From Cetorhinus maximus (Eukaryota): a DNA stretch of 64,000 nucleotides. The notes under the pieces were generated by a model. The model saw only the letters and a list, made by a program, of their open reading frames with translations, had not been told where the DNA came from and made no database searches. The stretch is from NCBI RefSeq assembly GCF_964194155.1, contig NC_135900.1, positions 26,784,001 through 26,848,000 on the forward strand, in the 5' to 3' direction. A program made the position numbers and the translations under genes. This document shows, one piece after another, positions 1 to 11,987 of the stretch; the first letter of the stretch is position 1; every line of letters begins with the position of its first letter.

Positions 1-314
1 CTAGGTAGTGAATGTTAACATCTTCTGTTTTTATTCCAGATTTCCAGCATCCGAACTATTTTGTGTTTGTTTTAGTGAATGTTAGCAACCTTTTTGAAAA
101 TTGAGGGCACCACAACTACCTACATGCATGCACTTTCCAGCAGAGGTCACAAGAAAGCTATCTAAAGCAAAAATTCTTGGTTGATTTGGTTTTTTTCCCT
201 TTCCTAGCTGATGGTTGCTGAAGCCAGTAGCAACCAACCCTAGCTGTTGCGCCTGTTGAGGTTAGTTAATTCAGCACAGACTAGGATTTAATTTAGAACT
301 GTATAGTCTGTATG

Positions 315-932
315 GAACATAATCACAAGTGGGGTGACAGTCTGTAAAGTGTTACAGGATACAATGGGAAAGAGAAAATTAATATCAAAAATGCACATGC
401 CACTTGGATGAGAATCAGCAAAAGTGTTGGACAGTTTTTGAACCATACATCAGGAAGAATCAGTGCCTTTGAGAGGAGGGGAGAATTTGAGGGGTGTTGT
501 TAGGGATAATTATGGTCAGAAGCACTAGACAGTGCATTTTAAGCAATGTAGAGAACGGAAGCCCCATCTCCTCCTTTTAAAGTGGATGCATTAAGACATC
601 ATTCTGCAGGGTACAGAGAGCACACCCTTTTTAATTGCCTGTCGAAAATAACAAATTATGTGGTGTTTTATAACAGGTTGCTATTTTCTGTTTGAAGTTA
701 TTGCATCCAATGTGAGTCCAATATAAATGCACATCACTAAGCTGTTATCACAGGAAGAACAGGCCAATTTATCAACCCAAAGAGCATTATATCAATAACT
801 TCTATTCTAAATTGGAAATTTCACATTCTAAATTTCTAGGTTCGTAGAACATAATCACAAATGGGGTGACAGTCCGTGAAGTGTCACAGGATACAAAGGG
901 AAAGAGAAAATTAATATCAAAAATGCATATGC
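315..932 (+). repeat. 86-bp imperfect direct repeat pair (315-400 and 847-932)
   Basis: GAACATAATCACAA.TGGGGTGACAGTC.GT.AAGTGT.ACAGGATACAA.GGGAAAGAGAAAATTAATATCAAAAATGCA.ATGC occurs twice, 532 bp apart. Confidence 0.9.
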
Positions 933-1779
933 AAACTGAAGTTTTTTTTTAACAGCTTCGGCCTTTGGGGATTTTGTGATACAGAGCAAACCCTTGCAAC
1001 AGAACAGGGTATCAATCTGCATGTTCATTTAACAAAAGGACTGGAAGCAATATACTAGCTGGGTACTCCTGCAACAAATATTCAACAGATGCTTATTAGA
1101 AAGGTATAAAAAACATTGACATGAACAACGAATGTTAACAAACAGTACATAACAGAATGTGAAAACATAAAACATACAATTATCAAATGAACTAACAAAT
1201 TACTTCAACCGTTACTAAAGTTAATACTAAAAGAAAATGTACAGCAGGGCATCATCCTTGACAACTGTCCTTACGTGAATATCTAAAACTTGCAGAACTT
1301 TTATTCCACCTATTTATAAATAGATCTCCACATTGCTACTTGTCATATTAAATCATGCAATTCAATGAGCAAACCGGCACGGCCAGTAAGATACAATTTG
1401 CAAATGCTATAAGTCGTCACTACATTCTCATACTGCACTGACCACCACCAGTTTGATTGACTAGCAACCACTCAAAATTGCATGACGATGTTTTTCTTTG
1501 GGGAGGTCTCCATCAAGTCTAAATAAAATGAAACCTGAGTTGATCGGGGCGGGCGGGGACGGGAGCCGAAGATCAAATTACAGCAAATGTTAAGAGAAAA
1601 TTAGGTTACAAAACTTGTCAAGCAGCATGAACTGGATGAGGTGAATTGCCCTCCATCCTGGTTACCGCAGCTGTCAACAGGCATCTCAGTGAAGCATTAA
1701 AGAGAAACTTTCCGACAAAGACTTTACAAAACTTCCGAAGATTCGGCAGTTCCCTGCCCTTCAGGTGAAAAACTGACAT

Positions 1780-2140
1780 CCTTCCCCTTCGCGACCCCCG
1801 ACTCGGCGTTTCTTTACCAGCGGCTCGACCTCACAAAAGGCCAACATTTTACTCACTCCCAACACCGCCGTCTCCCGTCACCTCAGCGCCGCCCGTTCTC
1901 CTCGGGCTCCCCTAGTGCGCATGCCCGGCCGGACATGCCGCGGTGCGCGCGCCGGCAGAGCCGTTCCCGCCGAGCTCGCGCACGTGGCTCCTGGGCCAGG
2001 GAGAAGCGAGGGCGAGGGACCAGAACGCGCGCTGCTCCCCTCCTGCCAGCGACTGCTGTAGAGAACATGACCATCACCAGCCATTGAGCAATGCACAAGA
2101 TCAGGAGCGAGTGGGGAAAACCACTGCGGGCGTTTTTTGT
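1780..2140. promoter_or_regulatory. CpG-island-like promoter, probably of a leftward (minus-strand) gene extending out of the window
   Basis: Sharp local CpG/GC enrichment in AT-rich background; NRF1-like TGCGCATGC near 1916-1924; minus-strand donor-like sites GAG|GTGAC (~1880) and GTGAGT (~1851-1856). Confidence 0.5.
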
Positions 2141-4869
2141 TGTTGGCTCCACTGCTCAATCAGGATGCAATGAGAAAAGCTTTAGTGGCAGCATTCCTGC
2201 TACTAACACAGAAGATGGAGTGTTCAAATCCCCACTCATGGACTGAAGAGCCAGCTCTGAATGGCAGGATTGATAAGTTATGCAGTGGGATGACTTACGT
2301 CCTGAAGATGCAATTGTAGGCCCACCCAATATATTGATTTTTTTTTACCTTTTTTTGATCTTTTTTACATCATTTTGGAGTTTAATGCAATTATGCCAAA
2401 ACCTTTTCCTGCAAGGATTAGTGTGAAATTAAAATATTGATAGACTTCAGTACAAGCTTACAGATTCAGCCTGCACTGTTAGCCTAGATACATCCTGTTA
2501 ATTAGTGAATTGAAAACTCTTACCTGCACCACAATAACCCAACTGGCAGCTCTACATTGGCAGAACAAAACTGGCTCATTTATCATAATTGCCCCTGGCA
2601 GCACCATGGTAGGCAGAAGTGACCTAGAATAAATCTATTCCAATTTGACTGGTTTAATTTTTTTATAATTAAGCAGCTTCAAGGCAGACAAGGGGATGAG
2701 TCAATATCACAAACAAAACTTCTAGCCGATTGCTGACAAAGGGTGACACCGAAACTCAAGCTTTTTTGGCCTTAAAATTCCACGTGGTTTTCCAGGTCTG
2801 GTAGCCATTTACATTGGTTTCCCAGTGTTGTGTCTTCCAATGAAGTTATGGCAATAAAAAAGGGGAACCCCACCTCCCACCCAAAGTAGAAATGCTAACA
2901 TGTCAACTTATAAAGTTGCCCATTCCCATGCGTACTCATTCAATAGCCATAAATTAGATAGCACAACAAAATCATGGATTTAACTTGGGATCTCTCGAAA
3001 CTGCATGGCTCAATTCCACATCACACAGCATATTTACCCACTTAGGAGCCAAACACTCATTTGTTTTATACTGTATATAACGTTGATCTCTTGTGATGTT
3101 GTTCTTAGGCAGGTTCAGCTCAATTAGGATATTTAGTTCCTAGGTTGGCTTCTGCCTTAATAGCCACTGCTGTAAATAGATAAACGCAAGTAATTGAAAT
3201 TACTTCTGAAACACTAAGGTCAATCAAAGGGTGCTTTGTGAATTCTGGGCTTCAGGCCAGTACTGCAAGCAGACATAAGATTTCTATAGTACATGATAAA
3301 TTGATAATCTAAGTAGAATAAAACTTTGTATGATCTTTGTATTTAATTTAATGTATATAGAGTATTTTGTATGTAGTTAAATAAAGAAAATGTGAATCTG
3401 TTTATGTTGCAGTCTAACATTGGTTATGTCATGAGGCAGGAAGAGGGAGCATAGGGGCAGGTTTTGTGGTTTGGCACCACCATCACCAACAGGAGCACTA
3501 ATCAAAATAGGTGTAAAGATTAGTGCATTTGCTTCATCTCTCCCCCAAAAACTGGGTGAACAATCGGATATTCCATTCAATGATCCTGTTGCTTGAAGCT
3601 AAATCATAAAATCAGCCTCAGAGTATTTAAATGGAATGGAATGGAAATTAAATATGTGTAAAATTTAAGGTGAGACAAATGTAGTGGGGAGGTTGGGGAA
3701 ATTGGATTGAGTGGCAGGACAGGATAAAACATTGGAGGAGGAAGAATCAGAAAGAATCTGTACATAGAGATATTGATGATGAATGATAGTGAAGACATTG
3801 GTGAATACACAGGAGATCTGGGTAAAAATCACTGTGCCCTCGTTGCTCTCATTTATCTACCCAACCACCAGTATCACCATGCAGCCTGCAGCTGACAGAT
3901 GCCTGATGACTTTCACTCTGTCAGATATACCCATCCGCCTTCTCTCCCCTATGACCTACCTCTTGCACCACCTATGCTGTTCATTGATGCACCTGGCACC
4001 AGGGTAGGGAAGGAGGATAATGATGATGGAAGAAGTATTAGTTCAGAGACGATATATGAGAAGTGAGGGGGAGACCATGGGAGTGGGAGGACTTTGGAAG
4101 TTTTTCTTTGTAGGACAATGTGCAGGAGAATTATGTCTTATAGGCATCATCCTGCTTGAGCACCATTGCCTTCATCTCATCCCCTTCTCTCAGCATGTTT
4201 TTCTTCTTTCCCTCCTCCTCATTCTTCCCTAATTTTTGCTCCCACTACCCTCCACTTTCCTTTACGTCTATCTTTTGCCCTCCTTTTTTCTCCTAAGCTA
4301 AGCCTTTTTTCTCATAAGCTAAGCCGCGATGGGTGAGGCTCAGCAGGGAAAGGCCCAGTTGCAGGGTTGGGAGGCTGCTGAATGGCAGTGTCACAGAAAC
4401 CAGCAGAGTGCAAAGGCAAAAACTGGTTATAAAATGTGATTGTAACACCCTGAAGTTGCTTCCCACAGTATAACCTAGGCTGGAGATAAAAGGAATGCAG
4501 AGTTAGTAAATATGACAACCGACCTCAGAAACTAAGTATAGAGAATGCAATTAAAGGCAAGTAAAATCAATCAAAAACATTACTGTGACAAATGTAGCAT
4601 CACAGTGTAAAATGTGATATGTACAAGATGCAAAACTTTTAAAACATTACTAGCTAATAGCCTGTGGCATTGCTTGTAGTAAGTCAGCAATTTTTATAAG
4701 GGTGGCATAATACCAAATATTATCATCCTTAGCATTCATTTATACTGATAAAACAGCTATGCTCCACTAAAGATGCAATAGCTAACATAAAACTGAAGGA
4801 AAAAACATATAGTGTATTTCCAGGAGAATACAACAGAAAAGCACAGGAAGACAAAAATATTAGTAACAG

Positions 4870-5240
4870 CTGCAAATAAAGGAATACCAAAAGAATCTTG
4901 CAAGGAATAGCAAGATTAACTAAATGTTTTTTGTTATATTATAAGTGGCAGTCGAAGGTAATGTAGACCCTTCAAAAACAGTTGTGGGTAATACGGGAAA
5001 TGAAAATAAGGAAATGGCAGACTTGTTCAGACTTTGTGTCGATCTTGACAGTAGAGGAAGGGAATAATATAAGTGGATTCCAGGGAAGTTAATAATGAAT
5101 CAAGGAATGGAAGGTACTAAAGTTAATATAAGCAAGAAAACAATATTATAAAAAAATGACACTGAGGACTGACAAATCCCCAGGATCTGACCATTTCCAA
5201 CCTAAAACTTTAAAGGAAATAGGTAAGGAAATTTAGAAAT
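4870..5240 (+). mobile_element. Degenerate CR1 LINE ORF2 fragment
   Basis: Resembles the CR1 ORF2 linker in the other copies here (AAGGAAATGGCAGA...GACAAATCCCCAGGATCTGA, i.e. 'KSPGPD'). Confidence 0.6.
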
Positions 5241-8053
5241 TGTTGCTTTAGACTGACAAAATATTTTTAAATTTTCTAATTGAATGGCCAATTGCAATTG
5301 CTATGTGTATCAGCATCAGGGTAGCTTTGAAATTGGGATGGGAATACAGATTTTTTGCATCTGACAGCCTAGCAATGTCTTCAAGGAGTCTGAAAGCAGA
5401 GGAGGGAATACGCAAACTGGGCTTAACTGCCTTTGGCTGCTTTTGGACCAATGAGAGCCCCATCTATCATCACCTCCTGTGACCTACTATGGCCCTTTGA
5501 GCTGTCACCCATTTTTTCCATGTTAAGCCAGTTCCTTTCTTAGTGCACAAAGTGCTTTATCAATGTGTTTGTTAACTCATAAGTCATTAACTTCTGTGAC
5601 TGCAAGATATGAGAAAGGAGAAAAGTTAATGGTTGTAGAGTTTGGTGGCAGTGAACATGGGAAGATTGGTGGAATGAAGTAAGGATGGGAAGGAGTTAAG
5701 GTAGTTATGATTTTGAAAATGGTGATTGAACAGGTAGAGAGGTAAGTTCAAAAACAAAATCCCAAATTAGGAAGGAAATTCTTGGGTTTGGAGATTTTGA
5801 GATGGGGAAAAAACAAACTCCAGGAGCAGGACTAATAAAAAAGCAAAGTTTTATTTAAAAAAAAACAAATACTGGAAGAGGGAGGTTAAAAGAAAAACAC
5901 TATGGCAGAGTGGGATGAAAAGAAATAAATACTGGGAGCAGGATTAAAGGAAATATAAAGACAAGGAGTCAAACTAAAAGAAACAAAAACACCAGGAGTG
6001 GGACATAATAAAAACAGTACAAATCTATTTAAAAAAGCACACTGTGAGAGGGAATGAAAAGTGCACAAAGGAAGTTAAGGCTGAAAGAAACAGAAGTACC
6101 ACTAAAAGAAATACAAGCACAAGGAGCCAAGAGAACCAAAATAGGCAGCAAAAACATCACAGAGGCAGGCAATAAAAAGCAATCACAGGCAATGAAAATA
6201 AAAATAAACTCTGGGTCTAAAAATATAAACTTATGGAACAAAAATTTCAGAACACCAGGAAGAATTTAAAAACAATAGCTGGGGCAGGACTAAATCAAGG
6301 GTCAGCGGGATAAGATTTTGATAAAACGAAATATCAAAATCAAGCAGTTTCAGCAAAAACTTGCAGCCCACAGCCTAACAATACAAATAGACTTTCACTC
6401 ATCCCTGCCTCCAAACTCCCTTCAACCTTGTATCTATGATTGACCCTAACCCAATTCCCATCACTCCTGCATTCAGAACAATCAAAGGGGAAGCAGAGAG
6501 TAGAATAGACAGGATAACACCCCAAGCATTAGCAGCAATGGGTAAGAAGGGGAGAGGGGAATTCAACAAGCACTAGGAATGGCCACAACACACCTGGATA
6601 TTGCAGCTGATGTGTGTCAAAAACCAGGAATCAACCAATATGAGTTAGAAACTCCACTGCCAGACTGAATCAGCATTGAGACATGGCTCCATTTTATCAA
6701 TAAGAAAACACATGCATGTCTGAAATGGCATGGCATAGGGAATCCACAATGGAGTTTGTTTTGTATGTTTTGTACTCAGCTATCACACACACTTCAGAGT
6801 TCATTAACAAAATTGGTGACACAATCTCAAGACCCTAAAGCCATTTCATGTCTGAGCATTCATTCTATTTGGCAGTTCCACTCATTGTTAAATGTTTCAG
6901 ATGGCAGAAATTACATGACTACGTTCTATAATTTTGCAATGAGTTTATTGCTGGCTTTTATTTTTGCAAACAGTAGCTTGGAAAGAATTTCACAATGGAA
7001 TTTAAACCCACAAATGTTCGTGGCAAGTTTGTATTTTTAGGCACATTGCTAAGTACTATATATTTGTTATTCAAAAAAATGCTGTGTTGAGGAGACATAC
7101 AAATAACATTAGTGAGGGAACCTCACCATCAGTCATAGAATTAAAAGTCACAGCTTTGTGGTACCTAAACTGTAGATTAAATTTAACACTATAATACTAA
7201 CAAATTGAAAATAGAAATATAAACAGCTTTTTCAAAGCTACCTGGATTTCTGTAAATGAAGTTTAGATATTTCATTGCTTGATCGTCTCAGGATATTTCC
7301 CCCACCTACATAAGCAGTTATATCAATCCCTTGTGTCTTCTAATAAGATGTAAACAAAATAGATCTTCGTTAATGGAAAAATTAAAAATACTCAAGGAAC
7401 TGTTTCTAGCTACATCTCAATTTTGCACGCTTTGAAGTAAAATTCGAATGACTCAGAATCCAGCCTATCTTTTGAGCAATGTTTCCTAATTTCCAGAAAA
7501 TATATGTAGTTTTCATGCATGCATTCCAGGATTTAACTTGTTGCTGAAACCCTAATAGTAGCCTGCAGTAGAGCAAGATCTGAAATTTCAGACCAAATGT
7601 AAGGCAATCAACTTTTTGTTTTCATACAGGCTGAATTATTAAAAGGAATCTTTAGATTATCTGACAGCAACAAACTTCAATTAAATTAATTGATTAAATT
7701 ACTTGGCAGAATCCTACTTATGTTCAGTGTAACGTTTTGTGCTGTATTTACATTACAATTGAAGCATCAGCTGATGCTAAACTTGCTGTGTAAACTATGT
7801 CATTTTAATGCTGACGGTAACCTCTTATTCTAAACAGGTTGCAGCTCAAGAGTCTTCACAAAGATACAGCATATCATACTAGAAGTGTTGTAGTATACAT
7901 TTCTAAAAGCATTGTACTGTAATACTCCCTCGGTCAGCATGCCTAAAATATTTGGAGTATCCACTATTTTTCCAAATTTGATTTTTTTTTTCCAGAGACT
8001 CTTAATAAACATATCTGTGATTGAGTCCTTGTATATTATCTTTTATTACAAGT

Positions 8054-8217
8054 CTACCAAGCTAGCCCCTTTGGAGGTTTTGATTTCCCCTTCATTTTCA
8101 GTTTCCGCTTGAGCTTCTTTCTTTGCCTAGGATGCATCCATAGTGGATACTGTCCATGTTCATCCAAAAGAGTCTTGTTGTTTCTTTTCTTATCTATATC
8201 CATAGTAGATGCACCAC
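8054..8217 (-). CDS. LLPH: LLPH last coding exon (protein LLP homolog)
   Basis: Acceptor ccttcacag|; encodes [54 protein letters not shown], matching the LLPH C-terminus (TLLD.HGQYP.WM, KGLAW); phase 1 fits the upstream exon; total CDS 366 nt = 121 aa. Confidence 0.95.
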
Positions 8218-8888
8218 CTGTGAAGGATAAGTTTTGTTTACATAGTTAGAAAACATTCAAATTAATTCTCAAATTACCAACATTCAAGTCCTGACAAGTA
8301 GTACCTTATTAAAAATATAATACAACAATGCCAATGAATCAAGTGCAAGTATCTACTCTGTACAAACTAGGCGGAATCCAGAATTAATCCATGTTAGCCA
8401 ATCTCAGATAGGACGATGCTATAACATTACAATTGAACTCAGCACCCTTAGGTACAAAGTAAAAGGTTTCCACAGTGAACCATTGACCCCTGCAGCAAAT
8501 GTGTGGGTATAGGCATAAGCAGAGGACAGCAGTGGGTTTGGTTGTAATGCCATCAAGGTATAACAGCCAACAATGGCTATTCAGGTGAGACATAAAGGAT
8601 TAAACAGTGCTAGTGACAAATTTTCAGAAAAAGGAAACTAAGTTAACTTGCAGATTCAAAACTCTCAATTTATAAATTTACATTTATATTCCTATTCTAA
8701 CTCATTAACTCATGTAATCTCAAACTCCTACCTCAGTCTTTTCTCGCCTCCTAAAATGTTCAGACCTTTAATACCCAGTGTGGGCACTGTTTTAATCAAA
8801 CTTCTTTGATGCATCTTATCTTTGAACTTGGGTGCATCTTATATTATGGGCATTGCCTAATAGTTTCTCAATAATGAAAAATAATTAC

Positions 8889-9090
8889 CATTATCTCCTG
8901 TGGCTGGGTTCTGTTTGAGTTTTTCACATGAGACCACAGTTGCAACTTCTTTAACATCGTTCATACTAATGTCACCACTGCCATCTGCTCCTAGTATACT
9001 TTTCAGCCGCGCAAGCTCCTTTGGTGCATTTTTTTTCCTCTTTTCTGCCCGCATCTTCCGCTTCCACTTACTTCTTAAGCTTTTTGCCAT
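8889..9090 (-). CDS. LLPH: LLPH first coding exon
   Basis: [33 protein letters not shown] is the conserved LLPH/LAPS18 N-terminus; acceptor AG at 9100-9099 just upstream of the ATG; donor G|gtaatt at 8888. Confidence 0.96.
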
Positions 9091-9340
9091 TCTTCTTTCT
9101 ACATTTTAGAAAAAAATCAAATTGTGTGAACCCTGATTTAAATATAAAGCTTGTAGGTCAATTGTAAAGAGAAACAGTTTGTTCCCCTCAATGGCATAAT
9201 AGGTAAATGTAACACAACATTGATTATTGAGCTATACCAAGTTCCAGATTTGATCCTTGGGCAAGGAGAGAGAAAAGAGAAACCAAATTCGGGTTCCTGT
9301 GCCTGATTGTTATCCAGTGACAGTCGTTTCCCCCACAACT

Positions 9341-9790
9341 AACCCACCCCGCCCACCCCACCAACTCCCCCCCCCCCCACCCCACCACCCCCCCCACCAA
9401 CCCACCCCCCCCACCCCACCAACCCACCACCCCCCCACCAACCCACCCCACCCCACCAACACACCCCACCCCGCCAACACCAACCCACCCCCTCCACGCC
9501 CCCCAACCCACCCCACCCCCCACCAACCCACCCCCTCCACCCCACCGACACACACCCCCCACCCACCCCCACCAACACACACCCCCCACCCACCCCCACC
9601 AACCCACCCACCCCCCCCACCAACCCAACCAACCCCCCCACCCCCCCCACCAACACACCCACCCCCCCCACCAACACACCCACCCCCCCACCCCCACCCC
9701 CACCAACACACATCCCCCACCCACACCCACCACCCCACCACCCCCCCAACGCCCACACCCCCACCACCCCCCCAACCCCCACACCCCCCA
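9341..9790. repeat. C/A-rich low-complexity tract (G-rich on the LLPH sense strand) in LLPH intron 1
   Basis: About 450 bp composed almost only of CCCA/CCCCA/CCAA units. Confidence 0.9.
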
Positions 9791-11303
9791 GGTTTGGGTT
9801 CACTGTCTCCAAGTTCAATGCAAACTCTCTTGGTTAAGAACAGCCATTTGACAGAGTCTCTTGAAAGGTGGTTTGGAATCATATGCAACGTTAGCACAAG
9901 TCCACCTCTTCAAGAAAGGAAAGAAGAACATTAAAAGCATTTTAATATTCTACAATTTTTGTCTGATTACATTTTTGTGAAGACTTTTGGAACATTTCTC
10001 AATATTAATGCAAGCTGGTATTGATATTACTCATTTTGATTAATTACATCATACCAGTGGTTTAATAAAACCAAATAAAATTTAATCAAGTAACAAGCTT
10101 TTCATTTTTCAATTTTCTCTGCTCCAATCCTTTCTTAAAGTTCTTGACTTGGAGCATAGCTACATGGACTTCAGTATTTTGCCAATCTTCAGTATCTTGC
10201 CAAATTACCCTTATTAATGTATGAGCTTTGATGGTGACTACCAGCACGCAACACAGTCAAGCCAATCCTGCTTCACCCAATGTTCATACAGGTGTTTCTC
10301 CAGCAAAGACATCTGAAGCCTTAGCCAATTCCCTGTCTACTAAAAAAATAGCACACTGAGAACAATTGTAATAATGCTCCAGCTATCATAGTTAAATCCA
10401 CCACAGATCATGAAAGATCCTTGTCGGAGCACACTAGATAAACACATTCAGAGTGCTGCCTAGCCAACAATTCTAGGATTTAACAAAACTACTGTGCACA
10501 ATCCAATTTGTGAAAGTTTTTTAAAAATCTAATATCTTTACTTCAAAATACGAGTTCCATATTCTTGGCTATTAATTTTAATTTCTAATATTGGATAGGC
10601 AGAAACTACATGGAAAACAGCAGAAAGCAACTTTAATATTAAAAAAAGACACTCGCACAAAAAGTAACTGTGATGCCGCATCACACGATTAAAGTTCCTT
10701 AATCTTGCACTTTATTTTTATTATTCCTTTCACTTTAAATGTTATTTCGAATGGCTTTGCTATGGGTGTATTATTTCACAAGCTAAGCTCATCAAGTGAC
10801 TGAGTTCCTTGGATGACTTACAAGGGTCTACTTAATATTGTAGTGTTGCTGTACCAGAACTTTGACAATAGATGCCCTTGAGGAACTAAGTAGCACTTTC
10901 TCTGGCAGGAAAAAATGCAACGTTAGCTATCAATTTACCAGTCAGGCAATGTGTACACTCGGCATTTTATACAGGCACAAGGGAAAAAAAACAAGACCCT
11001 AGGCGCAAGTACAAATGATGTCCAACCACACACTGTCTTCTTTCCTGACATTGTCTTTTGCCCATTTACTGCTCAGTTCACATTGCCGTATCTGTTTCTC
11101 CTTGATATTTTGCTTGTCTCAGTTTTGTGATTTTCTAGTCAATTTCTTTGTTGAAATTGTCTTATTTCACTCAAATTTCTGTTTCCTTTGTGGATGATCC
11201 AGCAAAGTGATCTAATGAACAGTTGATCACTTCTGAATAAGATGATCCCAGACTAGATTCACTGCCTGGTCTAGTTGCTGGTCTTAGTTAAGATCACATT
11301 GAT

Positions 11304-11405
11304 GTATTGGAATACTCTCCACTTGTCTGGATGAATGCAGCTCCAACAACATTATATGAAGCTTGACACCATTCAGCACAAAGCAGGCCGCTTGAGTGAC
11401 ACCCC
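11304..11405 (+). mobile_element. Short LINE (L2/CR1-group) ORF2 3' fragment, inverted relative to 15220-15316
   Basis: Encodes degenerate LEYSPLVWMNAAPT..KLDTIQHKA; near reverse complement of 15220-15316. Confidence 0.7.
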
Positions 11406-11573
11406 ACCAATTGCAATCGATCACACTGTTCCTAAGTTAGGTAAGTTTTTTAAAAAACTTATTCTTTCACAGGATGTGGGCATCACTGGCTAGGCCAGCA
11501 TTTATTGCCCATAACAAAAACAGAATTACCTGGAAAAACTCAGCAGGTCTGGCAGCATCGGTGGAGAAGAAAT

Positions 11574-11614
11574 CAGTTAACGTTTCGAGTCCTCATGACC
11601 CTTCGGCAGAACTG
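11574..11614 (-). ncRNA. Minimal hammerhead-ribozyme-like motif in the Penelope pLTR (variant core)
   Basis: Minus strand CAGTT-CTGCCGA-A-GGGTC-ATGAG-GACTC-GAAA-CG-TT-AACTG: stem I CAGTT/AACTG, stem II GGGTC/GACTC, palindromic AACGTT in place of stem III. Confidence 0.6.
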
Positions 11615-11987
11615 AGTATAGTTAGGAGAAAGGTGAAATATAAGCTGGTCTAAGGTGGGGGGGCGGGGGGAGAGAGAAGTTGAGGGTGGGGTGATTGTGG
11701 GGATAAGCAAGCAGTGATAGGAGAAGATAATCAAAAGATGTCACAGACAAAAGGATCAAAGAGGTGTTGAAGGTGGTGATATTATCTAAGAAAAGTGCTA
11801 ATTAAGAATGGATGGCAGGATACTCAAGGTACAGCTCTAGTGGGGGTGGGGTGGAAAGACTAACAAGGTATTAGTTGTAGATTTAAAAATAATGGAAATA
11901 GGTGGGGAAAGAAGAATCTATATAAATTATTGAAAAAAAACAAAATGGAGGGGGAAGAAATGGGGTGGGGATGGGGGGAGGGGGAGT

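Noticed and set aside
956-1008. Possible plus-strand exon after ttttttttaacag
   Set aside because: Weak donor and no recognisable protein in any frame
3780-5500. Possible decayed Harbinger (HARBI1-like) remnants at 3780-4310 and 5250-5500
   Set aside because: Only a faint compositional resemblance; no TIR or catalytic motif could be confirmed
9224-9934. Gly/Trp-rich and Pro/Thr-rich ORFs
   Set aside because: Low-complexity intronic tract
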